Shown: piece by piece, positions 27,981-39,184 of the stretch
How the letters are laid out: each line of letters starts with the position of its first letter
How positions within the stretch are numbered: the first letter of the stretch is position 1
Origin: an uncultured Bacillota bacterium
Lineage (GTDB): Bacteria; Bacillota_I; Bacilli_A; RF39; UBA660
Direction: 5' to 3'
DNA: 64,000 nucleotides
Assembly: GCA_905212975.1 (NCBI GenBank)
Contig: CAJMGO010000002.1
Coordinates: forward strand, 27,873 to 91,872
Notes under the pieces: generated by a model
Database searches by the model: none
The model's input: the letters and a program-made list of their open reading frames with translations, nothing else
What the model was told of the DNA's origin: nothing
Position numbers and translations under genes: made by a program

Positions 27981-28003
27981 TAAAAAATGGAGTTAAGATA
28001 ATT

Positions 28004-29845
28004 ATGAAAATAAATTTAAAAAAAATTGATAATTATAAAATTATTTCTTTTGATATTTTTGATACTGCATTAATTAGAGATGTTTCAACTCCAACTGATG
28101 TTTTTAAAATAGTTGAAACTATTAGTAAAAATAAAGGCTTTTTTGAAAAAAGGTGTAAAATAGAGAAAATTGTAGCAGAAAAAAAAGGACTAATATCACC
28201 AACTTTAAATGATATTTATAATAATTTTTATGATGAAGCTGTAAAAAAAGTGGAGATTGAAGTTGAAAAGAGCATTTTACATGCTAATAAAGATATAAAA
28301 AAAATTTATGATTATTGCTTAAAAAAAAATAAAGATGTTATTTTTGTTTCAGATATGTATTTGAATGAAACCATATTATCAGATTTTTTAATAAGTAATG
28401 GATACACAAAATTCAAAAAAATCTTTGTTTCATCTGAGTATAATAAAACTAAGAGAAACGGTCAACTTTTTGACACTGTTATTAATGAATTAAAATGTAA
28501 TGGAGATGACATACTGCACATTGGTGATTCTTTAAAAGCAGACTATATAGAACCAAAAAAACATCATATTGGTTCAATTCTTTACAAGAAAAAGAAAGAA
28601 AAAATTAATGAAGAAAATCTAGAAAAAAATATAATACAAAAATTCATATATAATACTAGTTTAAATGAAGATGTTTTTTATAAATATGGTTATGAAAAAT
28701 TGGGAATATTATTATACGGTTTTACAAATTGGTTAATAAAAGAAATAAATAATTTGAATATAAATAATGTTTTTTTTCTTTCAAGGGATGGTTATATTTT
28801 AAAAAATGTGTTTGATGAATTGAATAATGATATAAATATTAAATCAAATTATTTATATGTTTCAAGAAGAAGTCTAAATATTCCAAACTTATGGAAAAAT
28901 AGTGAGTTTAAAAATTTGAAAAACAATATTACGATGTCAAATGTTTTTGATGTTAAAACTTTTATAAAAAGATTAGGTTTAGAACCTTCTGGTTATGAAG
29001 AAAAACTAAAAATGTTTGATTTAAATATAGATGATGAATTAACTAAAGAAAATTTTGTTAACAATAAAAAATTAGAAAAATTTTATAGTGAAATAAAAAA
29101 TGATGTAATTAATAATTCTATGCAAGAGTATAAATTAGTTGTTGAATACTTGAAACAAAATTCATTTAATGGAAAAATAGCTATTGTTGATATAGGATGG
29201 CATGGAACAATGCAAAAACAACTTATAAAAATTTGTAAAAATTCTGGTATTAAAGTTGATATATATGGATTTTATGTTGGACAAGAAAAAATAGTAGAAA
29301 ATGGAAAAGGCTTTTTATTTAATGAAGGTGATAATCTTATCAATAAAATAGCTATAGCAGGTTCTTTTGGATTATTTGAATCATTCTTTTTAGGAAATCA
29401 TGGGTCAGTAAAAAAGTATAAAAGTAATAATAAAAAAATAGTTCCTGTACTTCAAAAATACGAATTTCAAAAAAATGACATTAATTTAGAAAATTTGAAA
29501 AAAATTCAACTTGGAGCATTGGAATTTTGTCATACTTTAAATCAAAATAAAATAATTAAACATCTAAATTTAAACAGCGAAGTATCTTTTTCATTTTTAA
29601 GAAATTTATGTATTAGTCCATCTTTATCAGATGTTAATAATTTAAAGAATATTAAATTTAATGATACATATACCCAAGATATTGTATGCTTTAATGGCAT
29701 TAGAAAGTATTTGTTTAATTTCAAAATGATGAAAAATGATTTCTATAAAAGTGTATGGAAAATAGGTTTTATAAAAAAATTTTTTAAGTTAAATTTACCA
29801 TATTTTAAAATTTATTATAAAATAAAAAGCAAGGAGAAAGATTAA
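28004..29845 (+). CDS. Large HAD-superfamily-like protein (613 aa) of unknown specific function
   Basis: N-terminal HAD motif I (ISFDIFDTALIRDV). The remaining ~400 aa match no family I recognise. Confidence 0.5.
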   Translation: MKINLKKIDNYKIISFDIFDTALIRDVSTPTDVFKIVETISKNKGFFEKRCKIEKIVAEKKGLISPTLNDIYNNFYDEAVKKVEIEVEKSILHANKDIKKIYDYCLKKNKDVIFVSDMYLNETILSDFLISNGYTKFKKIFVSSEYNKTKRNGQLFDTVINELKCNGDDILHIGDSLKADYIEPKKHHIGSILYKKKKEKINEENLEKNIIQKFIYNTSLNEDVFYKYGYEKLGILLYGFTNWLIKEINNLNINNVFFLSRDGYILKNVFDELNNDINIKSNYLYVSRRSLNIPNLWKNSEFKNLKNNITMSNVFDVKTFIKRLGLEPSGYEEKLKMFDLNIDDELTKENFVNNKKLEKFYSEIKNDVINNSMQEYKLVVEYLKQNSFNGKIAIVDIGWHGTMQKQLIKICKNSGIKVDIYGFYVGQEKIVENGKGFLFNEGDNLINKIAIAGSFGLFESFFLGNHGSVKKYKSNNKKIVPVLQKYEFQKNDINLENLKKIQLGALEFCHTLNQNKIIKHLNLNSEVSFSFLRNLCISPSLSDVNNLKNIKFNDTYTQDIVCFNGIRKYLFNFKMMKNDFYKSVWKIGFIKKFFKLNLPYFKIYYKIKSKEKD

Positions 29846-29846
29846 T

Positions 29847-30962
29847 ATGAAAAAAAAGAAGAAAAAAATTTTGATTTTTGGAATGTCTTCTACTGTTGGA
29901 GGAGTTGAAAATTTTATATTAAATTTATATGAAAAGATTGATAAGGAAAATATTCAAATAGATTTTCTAGTAAGTAATAATTTAGAAGGAACGTATAGAG
30001 AAAAGCTTATTGATAAGTATCATGCAAAAGTCCATATTGTTCCAAGTATTAAAAAAAATCCTTTTAGATGTATAAAGATGATAAAAAAGATTGCATTAAC
30101 TGAAAATTATGATGTCGTTCATGTTAATTTATGTTCTGCATTACTTTTTTCTTATATTTTGATTTTAAAAAAGTATTCAAATAAGAATTTAAAGGTTATA
30201 ACACATAGCCATAGTTCTGGAGAGTCTAATAAAATAAGAAAGGCTTTACATTACTTATTTAAACCATTTTTAATTAAAAATACAAATGTATTTATTGCAT
30301 GTTCAAAGCTTGCTGGTAAATGGATGTATGGAAAAAAAATATCAAATTCAAGCAGACTTATAATAGTTAAAAATGCAATTGATGTAGATAAATTTTCTTA
30401 TGATGATAATAAAAGACTAGCTTTTAGAAGAAAAAATAATTATGAAGAAAATGATTTTATAATAGGTCATATTGGAAGATTTGAAGAAGTAAAAAATCAT
30501 AAATTTATTATTGAAATGTTTCACAAATATCATGCAAATAATAAAAATTCAAAATTGCTTCTAGTTGGTGATGGGTCACTAAAGAGCGAAATAAAGAGCT
30601 TAGTTCACAGTTTAAATTTGGACTCGTCGGTTAATATATTAGATGTATCTTCTAATGTTGATTCAATATATCAAGCATTAGATGTATTTATACTTCCTTC
30701 TTTATTTGAGGGACTACCAACAGTTGGAATTGAAGCTCAAGCAGCTGATTTGCCATGTGTATTTTCTAATAATATTACAATTGAGGCTGATATAACAGGT
30801 AATGTAAAATTTTTACCATTAGATATTAATGAATGGGTAAATTGTATTGATGAAATTTCTTTTATGAAAAAAGGTAGAAAAAAAATAAAAAATAAAATAA
30901 TAAAATCAGGCTATGATTTAAATACGGAAATATTAAAAATAGCAAAATTATATGAGGATTAA
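29847..30962 (+). CDS. Glycosyltransferase family 4 (group 1), paralogue of 26871..27980
   Basis: EGLPTVGIEAQAAD motif with a similar overall layout. Confidence 0.75.
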   Translation: MKKKKKKILIFGMSSTVGGVENFILNLYEKIDKENIQIDFLVSNNLEGTYREKLIDKYHAKVHIVPSIKKNPFRCIKMIKKIALTENYDVVHVNLCSALLFSYILILKKYSNKNLKVITHSHSSGESNKIRKALHYLFKPFLIKNTNVFIACSKLAGKWMYGKKISNSSRLIIVKNAIDVDKFSYDDNKRLAFRRKNNYEENDFIIGHIGRFEEVKNHKFIIEMFHKYHANNKNSKLLLVGDGSLKSEIKSLVHSLNLDSSVNILDVSSNVDSIYQALDVFILPSLFEGLPTVGIEAQAADLPCVFSNNITIEADITGNVKFLPLDINEWVNCIDEISFMKKGRKKIKNKIIKSGYDLNTEILKIAKLYED

Positions 30963-30965
30963 CTT

Positions 30966-32132
30966 ATGAAAATAATTTTAAGTAAAAGTTATTTATTGTT
31001 TTTGATTTTGCTTTTACCTTTTTTAGAACCTACATTATTTTCCTTATCTGATATTAATAAAATCTTTTTTGTATGGAAAGCGGTTTCAGTTATCATTATT
31101 TCATTTCTTTTAATAAAAAGAATATATAAACTTTCTAAAATTTCACTAATTATTATCTTTTATGAAACAATAATTCTTTTTTCAACAATCATTAATAAAG
31201 GAAATATTTTTGACGCAGCAGGAGATGCCTTAGCAATCATTGCATTATGTATATTAATTGAAAATGGTTTAATTAAATTTGGAAAAAATAGAACTTTAAA
31301 ACCAATTATATTGATTTTTTTGATATATTCAATAATTAATTTAATAGATGTGTTCATTAATTTTGATGGAAAAGATGTTAATAATAGTTTCTTTTTAGGA
31401 ATGGATAACAGATTTATTTTTTACTTTTTACCAATGATATGTTTTTCTATTATTACAGAGGATGGCTCAAAAAAATCAAGATATTTGACAATAACATGTT
31501 TTATAATTTCTATTTTTACGATTATTTATACATGGAGTGTTGGTGCTTTAATTGGAATTATAATTTATTTTATATATTTTATAATTTTAACATATAAAAA
31601 AACAAAGTATAAAAAAAATTTATTTGATTTCAATAAATGCTTTTTGATTATATGTTTAGTTAATATTTTATTAGTCGTATTCAAAATACAATATTTGTTT
31701 TCAGATATTATTATAAATGTTTTACATAAGGATCCAAATTTATCAGGCAGAACATATTTATGGAACATTGGACTAAAAAAATTTTTACAAAGTCCATTTA
31801 TTGGATATGGTATTAATAAGGAATATTTAATGTCTTATTTATGGGGATTAAATCACTATCATAATTATTTTTTAAATTGCTTATATCAAGCAGGTGTTAT
31901 TGGATTTTCAATTTTTGTTGGAATGAATATTATGACTGGAAATAAAATAAAAAAATATAATAATTCAAAAAATGTAAAAATAATTAGTTGTACTATAATT
32001 ATAAGTTTAATATTATCATTAGTTGACACATTAGATTATCCATTTTTTTATGTTCTTTTTACATTAGGCTATAATGCTAATTATTTAATAGAAAATTCTA
32101 ATTCAAATAGCAAAAATTATAAGGAGAAATAA
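30966..32132 (+). CDS. wzy: O-antigen/polysaccharide polymerase (Wzy-like, O-antigen ligase domain)
   Basis: About 10-12 transmembrane helices with a Wzy_C-like periplasmic loop region (NHYHNYFLNCLYQAGVIGF). Confidence 0.65.
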   Translation: MKIILSKSYLLFLILLLPFLEPTLFSLSDINKIFFVWKAVSVIIISFLLIKRIYKLSKISLIIIFYETIILFSTIINKGNIFDAAGDALAIIALCILIENGLIKFGKNRTLKPIILIFLIYSIINLIDVFINFDGKDVNNSFFLGMDNRFIFYFLPMICFSIITEDGSKKSRYLTITCFIISIFTIIYTWSVGALIGIIIYFIYFIILTYKKTKYKKNLFDFNKCFLIICLVNILLVVFKIQYLFSDIIINVLHKDPNLSGRTYLWNIGLKKFLQSPFIGYGINKEYLMSYLWGLNHYHNYFLNCLYQAGVIGFSIFVGMNIMTGNKIKKYNNSKNVKIISCTIIISLILSLVDTLDYPFFYVLFTLGYNANYLIENSNSNSKNYKEK

Positions 32133-32135
32133 AAT

Positions 32136-33242
32136 ATGAAAAAATATGATTATTTAATAGTAGGTGCAGGACTATTTGGTTCTACATTTGCTAATTTAGC
32201 GCACAAACAAGGAAAGAAAGTACTAGTAATAGATAGAAGGGATCATATTGCAGGTAACATTTATACTGAAGAAGTTGAAGGTATTCAAGTACATAGATAT
32301 GGTGCTCATATATTTCATACTGATTATAAAGATGTTTGGGATTATGTAAATTCATTTGTAGAATTTAATAGATATACAAATAGTCCTGTAGCTAGAATTA
32401 ATAATGAAATATATAATATGCCATTTAATATGAATACATTTGCTAAAATATGGAATGATGTATTTACTCCAGAAGATGCAATGAGACATATTAATGAAGA
32501 AAAGAAAGAAATAACTGGAGAACCTAAAAATCTAGAAGAACAAGCTATTAGTTTAGTAGGTAGAACAATTTATGAAAAATTAATAAAAGGTTATACTGAA
32601 AAACAATGGGGAAGAAGTTGTACTGAACTTCCATCTTTTATCATTAAAAGATTACCTGTTAGATTAGTATATGATAATAATTATTTTAATGATAGATATC
32701 AAGGTATTCCTATTGGAGGTTATACTAAACTAGTAGAAAAAATGTTAGATGGAATAGAAGTAAAATTAAATACTAATTTCTTTGATAATATAGAAGAATA
32801 TAAAGAGATAGCTGATAAAATAGTATATACAGGACCAATAGATGAATATTTTAATTATTCTTTAGGTTCACTTGATTGGAGAAGCTTAAAATTTGATACA
32901 AAAGTATTAGATCAAACAAATTACCAAGGAAATGCAGTAGTAAATTATACGGGTCATGAAGTAGATTATACAAGAGTAATAGAACATAAACATTTTGAAT
33001 TTGATTCAACTAGTCCAAAAACAGTTATTACATTTGAATACCCAGCAGATTATAAAGAAGGTATGGAAAAATATTATACAGTAAATGATGATAAAAATAA
33101 TGAATTAGCAGATAAATATAGAGAACTATCTAAAAAAGAAGAAAATGTAATATTTGGAGGAAGATTAGCTGAATACAAATATTATGATATGGATGATGTT
33201 ATAAAATCAGCATTTGAATGTATCAAAGAAGAATTGAAGTAG
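32136..33242 (+). CDS. glf: UDP-galactopyranose mutase
   Basis: N-terminal FAD motif YDYLIVGAGLFGS and the HRYGAHIFHT motif. 368 aa. Confidence 0.88.
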   Translation: MKKYDYLIVGAGLFGSTFANLAHKQGKKVLVIDRRDHIAGNIYTEEVEGIQVHRYGAHIFHTDYKDVWDYVNSFVEFNRYTNSPVARINNEIYNMPFNMNTFAKIWNDVFTPEDAMRHINEEKKEITGEPKNLEEQAISLVGRTIYEKLIKGYTEKQWGRSCTELPSFIIKRLPVRLVYDNNYFNDRYQGIPIGGYTKLVEKMLDGIEVKLNTNFFDNIEEYKEIADKIVYTGPIDEYFNYSLGSLDWRSLKFDTKVLDQTNYQGNAVVNYTGHEVDYTRVIEHKHFEFDSTSPKTVITFEYPADYKEGMEKYYTVNDDKNNELADKYRELSKKEENVIFGGRLAEYKYYDMDDVIKSAFECIKEELK

Positions 33243-33255
33243 TTCTTCTTTTTAG
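33227..33255 (+). terminator. Internal rho-independent terminator after glf, followed by an extended -10 promoter (TGaTATAAT at 33286-33294)
   Basis: AGAAGAA-ttgaagtag-TTCTTCT followed by TTTTT. The glf stop codon sits in the loop. Confidence 0.5.
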
Positions 33256-33324
33256 GTGAAATTTATCGAAATTTGCCAAATAATATGATATAATAAAATA
33301 GATTATATAGAATGGAGAAAATAC

Positions 33325-34305
33325 ATGAATGATGATATATTAGTAAGTGTATGTTGTATGACATATAATCATGAAAAATATATAAAACAAACACTAGATG
33401 GATTTGTAAATCAAAAAACAAATTTCAAATTTGAAGTATTGGTTCATGATGATGCATCAACAGATAATACACAAAAAATTATAAAAGAATATGAAAAAAA
33501 ATATCCAAATATTATAAAGGGAATTTACGAAAAAGAAAATCAATATTCAAAAGTTGGTAAAATAGTACCATTAGTACTTGGAAAAATAAAAGGAAAATAT
33601 TTTGCATTATGTGAGGGTGATGACTATTGGTGTGATGAAAATAAACTTCAAATGCAAGTGGACATTATGGAAAAAGATGAAAATATAACTTTATGTTTTC
33701 ATGGTAGCAAAATAATTACTGATTCAAACCAAAATGTGGAAAAGTTTTTTTGGTCACAAAAATATGATGGATATATTCCAACAGAGATGTTTATAGAAGA
33801 GGGTGGACAATTTTGCCCAACAGCGTCATTAATGTTTAGAAGCAAAAATATGAAAAAATTACCTGATTATTATATGAAATCAAGTGTTGGTGATTATCCT
33901 TTACAAGTATATAATTCATCTTGTGGTAAATCATATTATATAAATAAAAAAATGTGTGCATATCGATATATAATCAACGGAAACTCATGGTCATCAAATT
34001 TTAATAAATATATAGAAAAAAGAATAAGCAATCATTTGAATGAGATTGAATGGTTACTTATGTTTAATGAAGAAACAAGTGAAAAATATAAAAAGTCTGT
34101 ATATAAAAGAATTTGTTTTAATTATATTAATTTAATAAATCTTGACAAAAAAAATAAAAAAGATTATTTAAAAAAGTATAAAAACTATTCTAAAATTATA
34201 GGTTCTAAAAGCAAAATGAAGAATAAATATTTGATTTTTAAGGCATTATTTCCTAAAAAAATAAAAAAATTTATAAAAAAAATAATAGGTAAAGAAAATG
34301 AATAG
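33325..34305 (+). CDS. Glycosyltransferase family 2
   Basis: ILVSVCCMTYNHEKYIKQTLDGFVNQ and a DDASTD motif (GT-A fold with DxD). Confidence 0.8.
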   Translation: MNDDILVSVCCMTYNHEKYIKQTLDGFVNQKTNFKFEVLVHDDASTDNTQKIIKEYEKKYPNIIKGIYEKENQYSKVGKIVPLVLGKIKGKYFALCEGDDYWCDENKLQMQVDIMEKDENITLCFHGSKIITDSNQNVEKFFWSQKYDGYIPTEMFIEEGGQFCPTASLMFRSKNMKKLPDYYMKSSVGDYPLQVYNSSCGKSYYINKKMCAYRYIINGNSWSSNFNKYIEKRISNHLNEIEWLLMFNEETSEKYKKSVYKRICFNYINLINLDKKNKKDYLKKYKNYSKIIGSKSKMKNKYLIFKALFPKKIKKFIKKIIGKENE

Positions 34306-35746
34306 CAAAAGTAAAGTTATTTCTTCATTGGTTTGGAAATTTTTGGAAAGAGTTTGTGCACAAGTTGTAAATTTAGTTGTATCTATTATACTTGCAAGAT
34401 TAATTGCTCCAGAACAATATGGTGTAATAGCATTAACAACAATTTTTATAACTATTTCAAATGTATTTGTTGAAAGTGGTTTAGGAACTTCTTTAATTCA
34501 AAAGAAAAATGCTGATAGCAAAGATTTTTCAACAGTATTTTATTGTAATATTATAATGTCGATTATAATGTATTTGGTAATTTTTTTCACAGCACCATTA
34601 GCTGCAAAATTTTATTCTTCTCCTATATTAACACCAGTATTAAGAGTATTAGGAATTACAGTTTTGATTGCTGGAGTTAAAAGTATTCAATGTTCATATG
34701 TTTCAAAAAACATGATGTTTAAAAAGTTTTTTGTTAGTACATTTATAGGTACAGTTATATCTGCAGTAATAGGTATATGGATGGCTTATAATGGATACGG
34801 TGTATGGTCACTTGTTGTACAACAACTTTCAAATACATTATTTGATACCATAATATTATGGATAACAGTTAAATGGAGGCCAACATTAGAATTTTCATTT
34901 AAACGTTTAAAAGTATTATATGGATTTGGATGGAAAATGTTATGCTCAAGTTTAATAGATACTGTCTATAATGAAATTTATGGATTATCAATAGGGAAAA
35001 TATATACTACAGAGCAGTTAGCTTATTATAATAGAGGAAATCAATTTCCTAAATTGATAACAGTTAATATTGATGGATCGATTTCATCTGTAATGCTTCC
35101 AACATTGTCAAAGGAACAAGATAATAAACAAAAAGTAAAAAATATGATGAGAAGATCAATAAAAACAAGTTCATTTTTACTTTTTCCTTTAATGATAGGG
35201 TTAGCTGTTGCAGCAAAACCATTAGTTAGTATATTACTAACCGATAAGTGGTTACCAGCTGTTCCATTAATGCAGTTATTATGTTTTTCATATATGCTTT
35301 GGCCAATACATACAATAAATCTTCAAGCAATAAATGCATTAGGAAGAAGTGATATTTTTCTTAAACTTGAGGTAATAAAAAAGATTATCGGAGTTACAGT
35401 TCTTATTATAAGTATTCCTTTTGGTATAAAATTTATGGTTTTTATGAAAATAATCACATCAATAATATCTACATTTATTAATTCCCATCCAAATAAAAAA
35501 TTAGTTGATTATTCATATATGGAACAAATAACTGATATTTTACCATCTTTATTTGTTTCAGTATTTATGGGAATTATAGTATACATGATGAATTTATTGC
35601 CAATTAGTAGTATATTAATATTAGTTATTCAAATTTTATTAGGAATAGTTATATATATAGTATTATCATATGCCTTTAAATTAGAAGCATTTAGGTATAT
35701 AATAGATAGCATCAAATTAAAATTAAAAAAAAGAAAGGCTAGTTAG
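34298..35746 (+). CDS. wzx: Polysaccharide flippase (Wzx, MOP superfamily)
   Basis: 482 aa with about 12-14 transmembrane helices and a PST-family N-terminal signature. Confidence 0.75.
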   Translation: MNSKSKVISSLVWKFLERVCAQVVNLVVSIILARLIAPEQYGVIALTTIFITISNVFVESGLGTSLIQKKNADSKDFSTVFYCNIIMSIIMYLVIFFTAPLAAKFYSSPILTPVLRVLGITVLIAGVKSIQCSYVSKNMMFKKFFVSTFIGTVISAVIGIWMAYNGYGVWSLVVQQLSNTLFDTIILWITVKWRPTLEFSFKRLKVLYGFGWKMLCSSLIDTVYNEIYGLSIGKIYTTEQLAYYNRGNQFPKLITVNIDGSISSVMLPTLSKEQDNKQKVKNMMRRSIKTSSFLLFPLMIGLAVAAKPLVSILLTDKWLPAVPLMQLLCFSYMLWPIHTINLQAINALGRSDIFLKLEVIKKIIGVTVLIISIPFGIKFMVFMKIITSIISTFINSHPNKKLVDYSYMEQITDILPSLFVSVFMGIIVYMMNLLPISSILILVIQILLGIVIYIVLSYAFKLEAFRYIIDSIKLKLKKRKAS

Positions 35747-35761
35747 AAGGAGTGAACTTAT

Positions 35762-36979
35762 ATGAAAAAAAATAAAAAATTAATGTTATTAGGAGGATCA
35801 AGATATATAATACCAATTATAGAAAAAGCACATGAGCTAGGATTATATGTAATTACTTGTGATTACTTGCCTGAAAATGATGCACATAAGTTTTCTGATA
35901 TGTACTGTAATATTAGTATAATTGATAAAGAATTAGTGTTATCTAAGGCAAAAGAATTAGAAATTGATGGAATAATGTCTTTTGCTTGTGATCCTGGTGT
36001 AGTTACTGCAGCGTATGTTGCTGAAAATATGAATTTGCCATTTCAATGTTCATATGAAGCAGCATGTATTCTTCAAGATAAAGGATTATTTAGAGAATTT
36101 TTAGCAAAAAATAATTTTAATGTTCCAAATGCAAAAAGATATACAAATATTGAAGAACCATTAAAAGACATTAGTTATTTCAATTGGCCAGTAATAGTAA
36201 AACCAACTGATTCAGCAGGAAGCAAAGGAGTTACAAAAGTTGAAAGACCAGAAGATTTAAAACAAGCAATTGAAATAGCTTTAAATGGTGCACATAATGG
36301 TGCATTTATTATTGAAGATTTTCTAACTTTTGAAGGAGCACATTCTAGTGCTGATCCATTTTCAGTTGATGGAAAATTAAAATTCGTTTCTTATTCTGAT
36401 CAGTTATTTGATTCTGAAGCAGAAAATCCTTATACACCTGCATATATTATATGGACCTCAACAATGAAAAAAGAATTTCAAGATGAATTAACATCAGAAA
36501 CGCAAAGATTAATTGATTTATTAGGAATGAAAACAGGTATATATAATATAGAAACCTGTATTGCAAATGGTAAGCCATATTTAATGGAGGTATCGCCACG
36601 TGGGGGTGGATGTAAAATTGCTGAATTACAAAGACTTGCTTATGGTATTGATTTAATTGAAGCAGAAGTTAGAAAAGCAGTTGGAATGCCGCTTAATGAA
36701 GTAAAACAAACAGAATGTGATGGCTTTTGGTGTGAAATGGTAGTTCATGCAAGACCAGGTGAATGTGGAGAATTAAAAAAAATATACGTAGATAAAGAAA
36801 TAGAAGAAAAATATCTTAAAGTTATGGATTTATCTACGAAAACTGGGGATTATGTAGAACCTTTTACTGGTGCTAACAAGTCATTAGGAGATATGTTCTT
36901 TAGATTTGATAGTAGGGAACAATTAGATGAAGTAATGTCTAAATCATCTGAATGGTTACACATAGAACTAAAAAAGTAA
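35762..36979 (+). CDS. ATP-grasp domain enzyme
   Basis: PreATP-grasp plus ATP-grasp layout (IVKPTDSAGSKGV, EVSPRGGG). Confidence 0.65.
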   Translation: MKKNKKLMLLGGSRYIIPIIEKAHELGLYVITCDYLPENDAHKFSDMYCNISIIDKELVLSKAKELEIDGIMSFACDPGVVTAAYVAENMNLPFQCSYEAACILQDKGLFREFLAKNNFNVPNAKRYTNIEEPLKDISYFNWPVIVKPTDSAGSKGVTKVERPEDLKQAIEIALNGAHNGAFIIEDFLTFEGAHSSADPFSVDGKLKFVSYSDQLFDSEAENPYTPAYIIWTSTMKKEFQDELTSETQRLIDLLGMKTGIYNIETCIANGKPYLMEVSPRGGGCKIAELQRLAYGIDLIEAEVRKAVGMPLNEVKQTECDGFWCEMVVHARPGECGELKKIYVDKEIEEKYLKVMDLSTKTGDYVEPFTGANKSLGDMFFRFDSREQLDEVMSKSSEWLHIELKK

Positions 36980-37001
36980 TATTTATACGAGGAGTAATGA
37001 A

Positions 37002-38006
37002 ATGGAAAAGAAAAAAATAATAATTTTTGGAGCAACTGGTAATACAGGAAGCTATTTAACGGATTATGCAAAAAAATTCTTTGATAAAAACGAGTATGAA
37101 ATCATTGCTGTTGGAAGACGTGAAACAAATTTTTTTGAATCTATTGATGTAAAATTTTATTCGGTGGATATTTCAAAAAAGGAGGATTTTAATGTATTGC
37201 CTACAGATAATGTATATGCTGTTATGATGCTTGCAGGTGTACTTCCAGCATTTATGAGTGGTTATAATCCATATGATTATATATACACAAATATTCTTGG
37301 TGCATTAAATGTTCTTGAATATTGTAGAATAAATAAAGTTGATAGAATTATATATACACAAACAATTGCTGATTTGAGTGGATATTTTGGAAAAGAAAAA
37401 ATATTACATCCAGATATGCCACGAAAAATAAAAATGACTGGTGATCATGCTTTATATGCAATATCTAAAAGTACTGCAGTTGATATGATAGAACATTATC
37501 ATCAAGAGTATGGAATTAAAAATTTTATATTTAGATTACCAACAATATATCAATATACACCTGATGATGGCTATAATGTTGATGGGGTATATAAGAAATT
37601 AGGATACAGAATATTAATTGATAAAGCAATTAATGGAGAACCAATTGAAATGTGGGGAAATCCTGATAATGAAAAAGATATAGTTTACGTTGCAGATTTT
37701 AGTCAAATGTTATGCAAAGCAGTTTTAGCTAATGTTGAAACAGGATTTTATAATGTAGGAACAGGAGTAGGAACATCTTTAAGAAAACAAATAGAAGGTA
37801 TAATAGATGTATTTTGTGGTGAAAAAAAATCTGAAATAATAGAATGCCCAGATAAACCAGACAGCCCTGTATATATTATGGATATTGAAAATGCAAAAAG
37901 AGATTTAGGATATGAACCTAAATATGATTATATTTCATATTTAAAAGAATTAAAAAAAGAAATGAAATTAGATAGATTTAAGCAATTGAAAAAAAATCTA
38001 AAATAA
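37002..38006 (+). CDS. NAD-dependent sugar epimerase/dehydratase (SDR family)
   Basis: IIIFGATGNTGSY Rossmann motif and a YxxxK motif (YAISK). Confidence 0.7.
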   Translation: MEKKKIIIFGATGNTGSYLTDYAKKFFDKNEYEIIAVGRRETNFFESIDVKFYSVDISKKEDFNVLPTDNVYAVMMLAGVLPAFMSGYNPYDYIYTNILGALNVLEYCRINKVDRIIYTQTIADLSGYFGKEKILHPDMPRKIKMTGDHALYAISKSTAVDMIEHYHQEYGIKNFIFRLPTIYQYTPDDGYNVDGVYKKLGYRILIDKAINGEPIEMWGNPDNEKDIVYVADFSQMLCKAVLANVETGFYNVGTGVGTSLRKQIEGIIDVFCGEKKSEIIECPDKPDSPVYIMDIENAKRDLGYEPKYDYISYLKELKKEMKLDRFKQLKKNLK

Positions 38007-38024
38007 TAGAAAAGAGAAGTCAAA

Positions 38025-39134
38025 ATGAATAAAATATTAGTAACTCAATCATCAATGCCTTCGTATGAAGAGTACTGTGATGAAATAAAAGATATTTGGG
38101 AATCAAAATGGTTAACAAATAATGGAGCAAAACATAAGGAATTAGAAAAAAAGTTGAGTGAATATTTAAATGTCTCAAATACAGTTTTATTTAATAATGG
38201 CCATATGGCTTTATATACATTAATTAAATCAATGAATTTAAAAGGTGAAGTAATTACAACTCCATTTACATTCGCATCTACAACACATGCAATAGTACAA
38301 AATGGATTAACTCCTGTATTTTGCGATATTAAAGAAGATGATTATACTATTGATACTGATAAAATTGAAAGCCTTATAACAGATAAAACAAGCGCTATTG
38401 TTGCTGTGCATGTTTACGGGTTTCCATGTAATGTTGAGCAAATAGAAAATATTGCTAGAAAGCATAATTTAAAAGTTATATATGATGCTGCTCATGCTTT
38501 TGGAGTTATGTTAGATGGAAAAGGTATTTCTAATTATGGTGATGCTTCAATGTTCAGTTTCCATGCAACAAAAGTATATAATACAATAGAAGGTGGTGCT
38601 GTTGTAACTAATGATGGTGAGTTAGTACCAGAACTTAATCTTCAAAAAAATTTTGGTATAGTAGATGCTGAAACAGTAAAGTCAGTTGGCATGAATTGTA
38701 AAATGAATGAATTTCAGGCAGCAATGGGTATATGTAATTTAAGACATGTAGACAATGAAATACAAAAGAGAAAAAATATTGTTGAAAGATATGTAAATAA
38801 TTTAGAAAATATCGATGGAATTAAAATACCTAAATATAAAGATAATGTTAAATATAATTATGCATATTTTCCAGTTGTATTTGATGAACAAAAATTAAAT
38901 GTTGATAGAAATATAATTTGTGATAAATTAGCTGAAAATAATATTTTTGCTAGAAAGTATTTTTATCCAATAACATCTGATTTCGATTGTTATAAAGAAA
39001 TTTATAATTCATTAGATACACCAATTGCTAAAAAAATATCTTCAAGAATATTAACTCTTCCTTTATATGCAGATTTAAAAATAGAAGAAGTAGATATTAT
39101 TTGTAATATAATAAAAAATATAATAAAAAAATAA
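38025..39134 (+). CDS. DegT/DnrJ/EryC1/StrS-family PLP-dependent sugar aminotransferase
   Basis: [16 protein letters not shown] contains the PLP-binding lysine. 369 aa. Confidence 0.8.
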   Translation: MNKILVTQSSMPSYEEYCDEIKDIWESKWLTNNGAKHKELEKKLSEYLNVSNTVLFNNGHMALYTLIKSMNLKGEVITTPFTFASTTHAIVQNGLTPVFCDIKEDDYTIDTDKIESLITDKTSAIVAVHVYGFPCNVEQIENIARKHNLKVIYDAAHAFGVMLDGKGISNYGDASMFSFHATKVYNTIEGGAVVTNDGELVPELNLQKNFGIVDAETVKSVGMNCKMNEFQAAMGICNLRHVDNEIQKRKNIVERYVNNLENIDGIKIPKYKDNVKYNYAYFPVVFDEQKLNVDRNIICDKLAENNIFARKYFYPITSDFDCYKEIYNSLDTPIAKKISSRILTLPLYADLKIEEVDIICNIIKNIIKK

Positions 39135-39184
39135 TATTGTTTGCAAGCAATATTATTTTTTGTTATACTAATTGTGGTGATTAT